A stretch of DNA of 64,000 nucleotides from Acidobacteriota bacterium (GTDB taxonomy: Bacteria > Acidobacteriota > Terriglobia > Terriglobales > SCQP01), in contig JAKASR010000010.1 of the NCBI GenBank assembly GCA_021818955.1, forward strand, positions 27,147-91,146, written 5' to 3'. A program made the translations under genes and the position numbers. Below, in pieces: positions 63,432 to 64,000 of the stretch. The first letter of the stretch is position 1. Every line of letters starts with the position of its first letter. The notes under the pieces were generated by a model. That model saw only the letters and a program-made list of their open reading frames with translations. It did no database searches and had not been told where the DNA came from.

Positions 63432-63559
63432 ACCGCGGTCCGCGGCGACGAATCGGCAACGGCCGGCGCGGTATGGACTGCGGTCCGGCTCGGCCCTTAA
63501 CGCTTCTGGATTAAAATCAATCCCTGGCCGTTTCCGGGCGCAAGCATGGAAGGAGCCGC

Positions 63560-64000
63560 GTGTTGAGCAATCGTTTGCCTTTCATCCTCTGGCTGGTATG
63601 CCTGGCGGCGCCGCTCGCCGCCGCCCCGGCGGGCAGCATTCGCGCCGCCATTCATGCCAACAATGTCGGCCTGGCGCACATGAACCGCAACGAATATCCG
63701 GCCGCCCGCGCCGATTTCTTGCAAGCGCTGCGGCTGGCGCCCGGGTGGACCGAAGCCCGCGTCAATCTCGGCATCGCCTGGTTCGCCGCCGGCAAAGATG
63801 TGCAAGCCGCTTCCATTTTGCGCGGCGTGCTGCGCGCCCACCCTCACGATGCGCGCTCCCTTTATGTGCTCGGGCTGATGGACATGAATCACGGGCGATT
63901 TGCCGCCGCCGCCGCCCGCTTTCGCGGCGTGCTGGCGCTCGAGCCGCGCGACCCCGACGCCAACTACTTTTACGCTTTCTCGCTGTTCCACCAGGGTAAA
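63560..64000 (+). CDS. TPR repeat protein, 5-prime partial (runs off the window)
   Basis: Absent from the ORF track because it has no stop in the window. GTG at 63560 is preceded by GGAAGGAG, and the frame stays open for 147 codons to the window edge. My own translation gives a signal-like N-terminus (LSNRLPFILWLVCLAAPLAAAPA) followed by TPR-like units (NEYPAARADFLQALRLAPGWTEARVNLGIAWF...). Confidence 0.6.
   Translation, partial: MLSNRLPFILWLVCLAAPLAAAPAGSIRAAIHANNVGLAHMNRNEYPAARADFLQALRLAPGWTEARVNLGIAWFAAGKDVQAASILRGVLRAHPHDARSLYVLGLMDMNHGRFAAAAARFRGVLALEPRDPDANYFYAFSLFHQGK

Noticed and set aside
62764-63999. 411-aa plus-strand ORF spanning kdsD (antisense) and the start of the terminal TPR gene in another frame.
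   Set aside because: It is low-complexity and Ser/Arg/Ala-rich. It conflicts both with kdsD, which has clear SIS and CBS motifs, and with the better-supported GTG-63560 TPR frame.

Overview
This is a 64-kb, visibly GC-rich bacterial chromosomal segment made almost entirely of core housekeeping operons. Gene content suggests an Acidobacteriota-like Gram-negative: pilMNOP, a CRTAC1/ASPIC+TPR pair, and many Ala/Pro-rich inserts in essential proteins. That assignment is inference only.

Gene order, left to right:
- pilP-pilO-pilN-pilM preceded by a small HTH gene (minus strand)
- a divergent RodZ-like gene plus a helical-repeat gene
- fabD-plsX-rpmF-yceD (minus strand) and tRNA-Val(CAC)
- an orphan DUF58 gene
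- three two-component genes: PAS-HK, REC, and REC-PAS-HK
- citrate synthase
- a small Zn-ribbon ORF
- an RND pump with its adaptor
- a 12-gene nuo operon, nuoA-C-D-E-F-G-H-J-K-L-M-N
- a lower-GC islet with DUF1697
- Zn-ADH plus an SRPBCC protein
- TPR plus a CRTAC1/ASPIC protein
- one long minus-strand block: mreB-mreC-mreD-mrdA-rodA-rne-recO-glyQ-glyS
- argS and a GT39-like glycosyltransferase
- hsp20, then dnaJ-grpE-hrcA
- kdsC-kdsD and a partial TPR gene running off the right edge

I found no IS elements, prophage, CRISPR array or recognisable defence or toxin system.

Most noteworthy observations:
1. The nuo operon has no nuoB and no nuoI, and the 28-nt and 4-nt junctions leave no room for them.
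2. A roughly 112-bp two-hairpin element occurs twice, 47 kb apart. All differences between the copies fall in the loops or outside the hairpin stems.
3. The RNase E/G gene has its S1 domain split by a roughly 515-aa low-complexity insert. The insert contains 8 tandem 21-bp repeats, and a hairpin-dense 269-nt leader precedes the gene.
4. An excisionase-type HTH gene is tightly linked to pilM.

All functional calls rest on motif recognition by eye. No database search was run.
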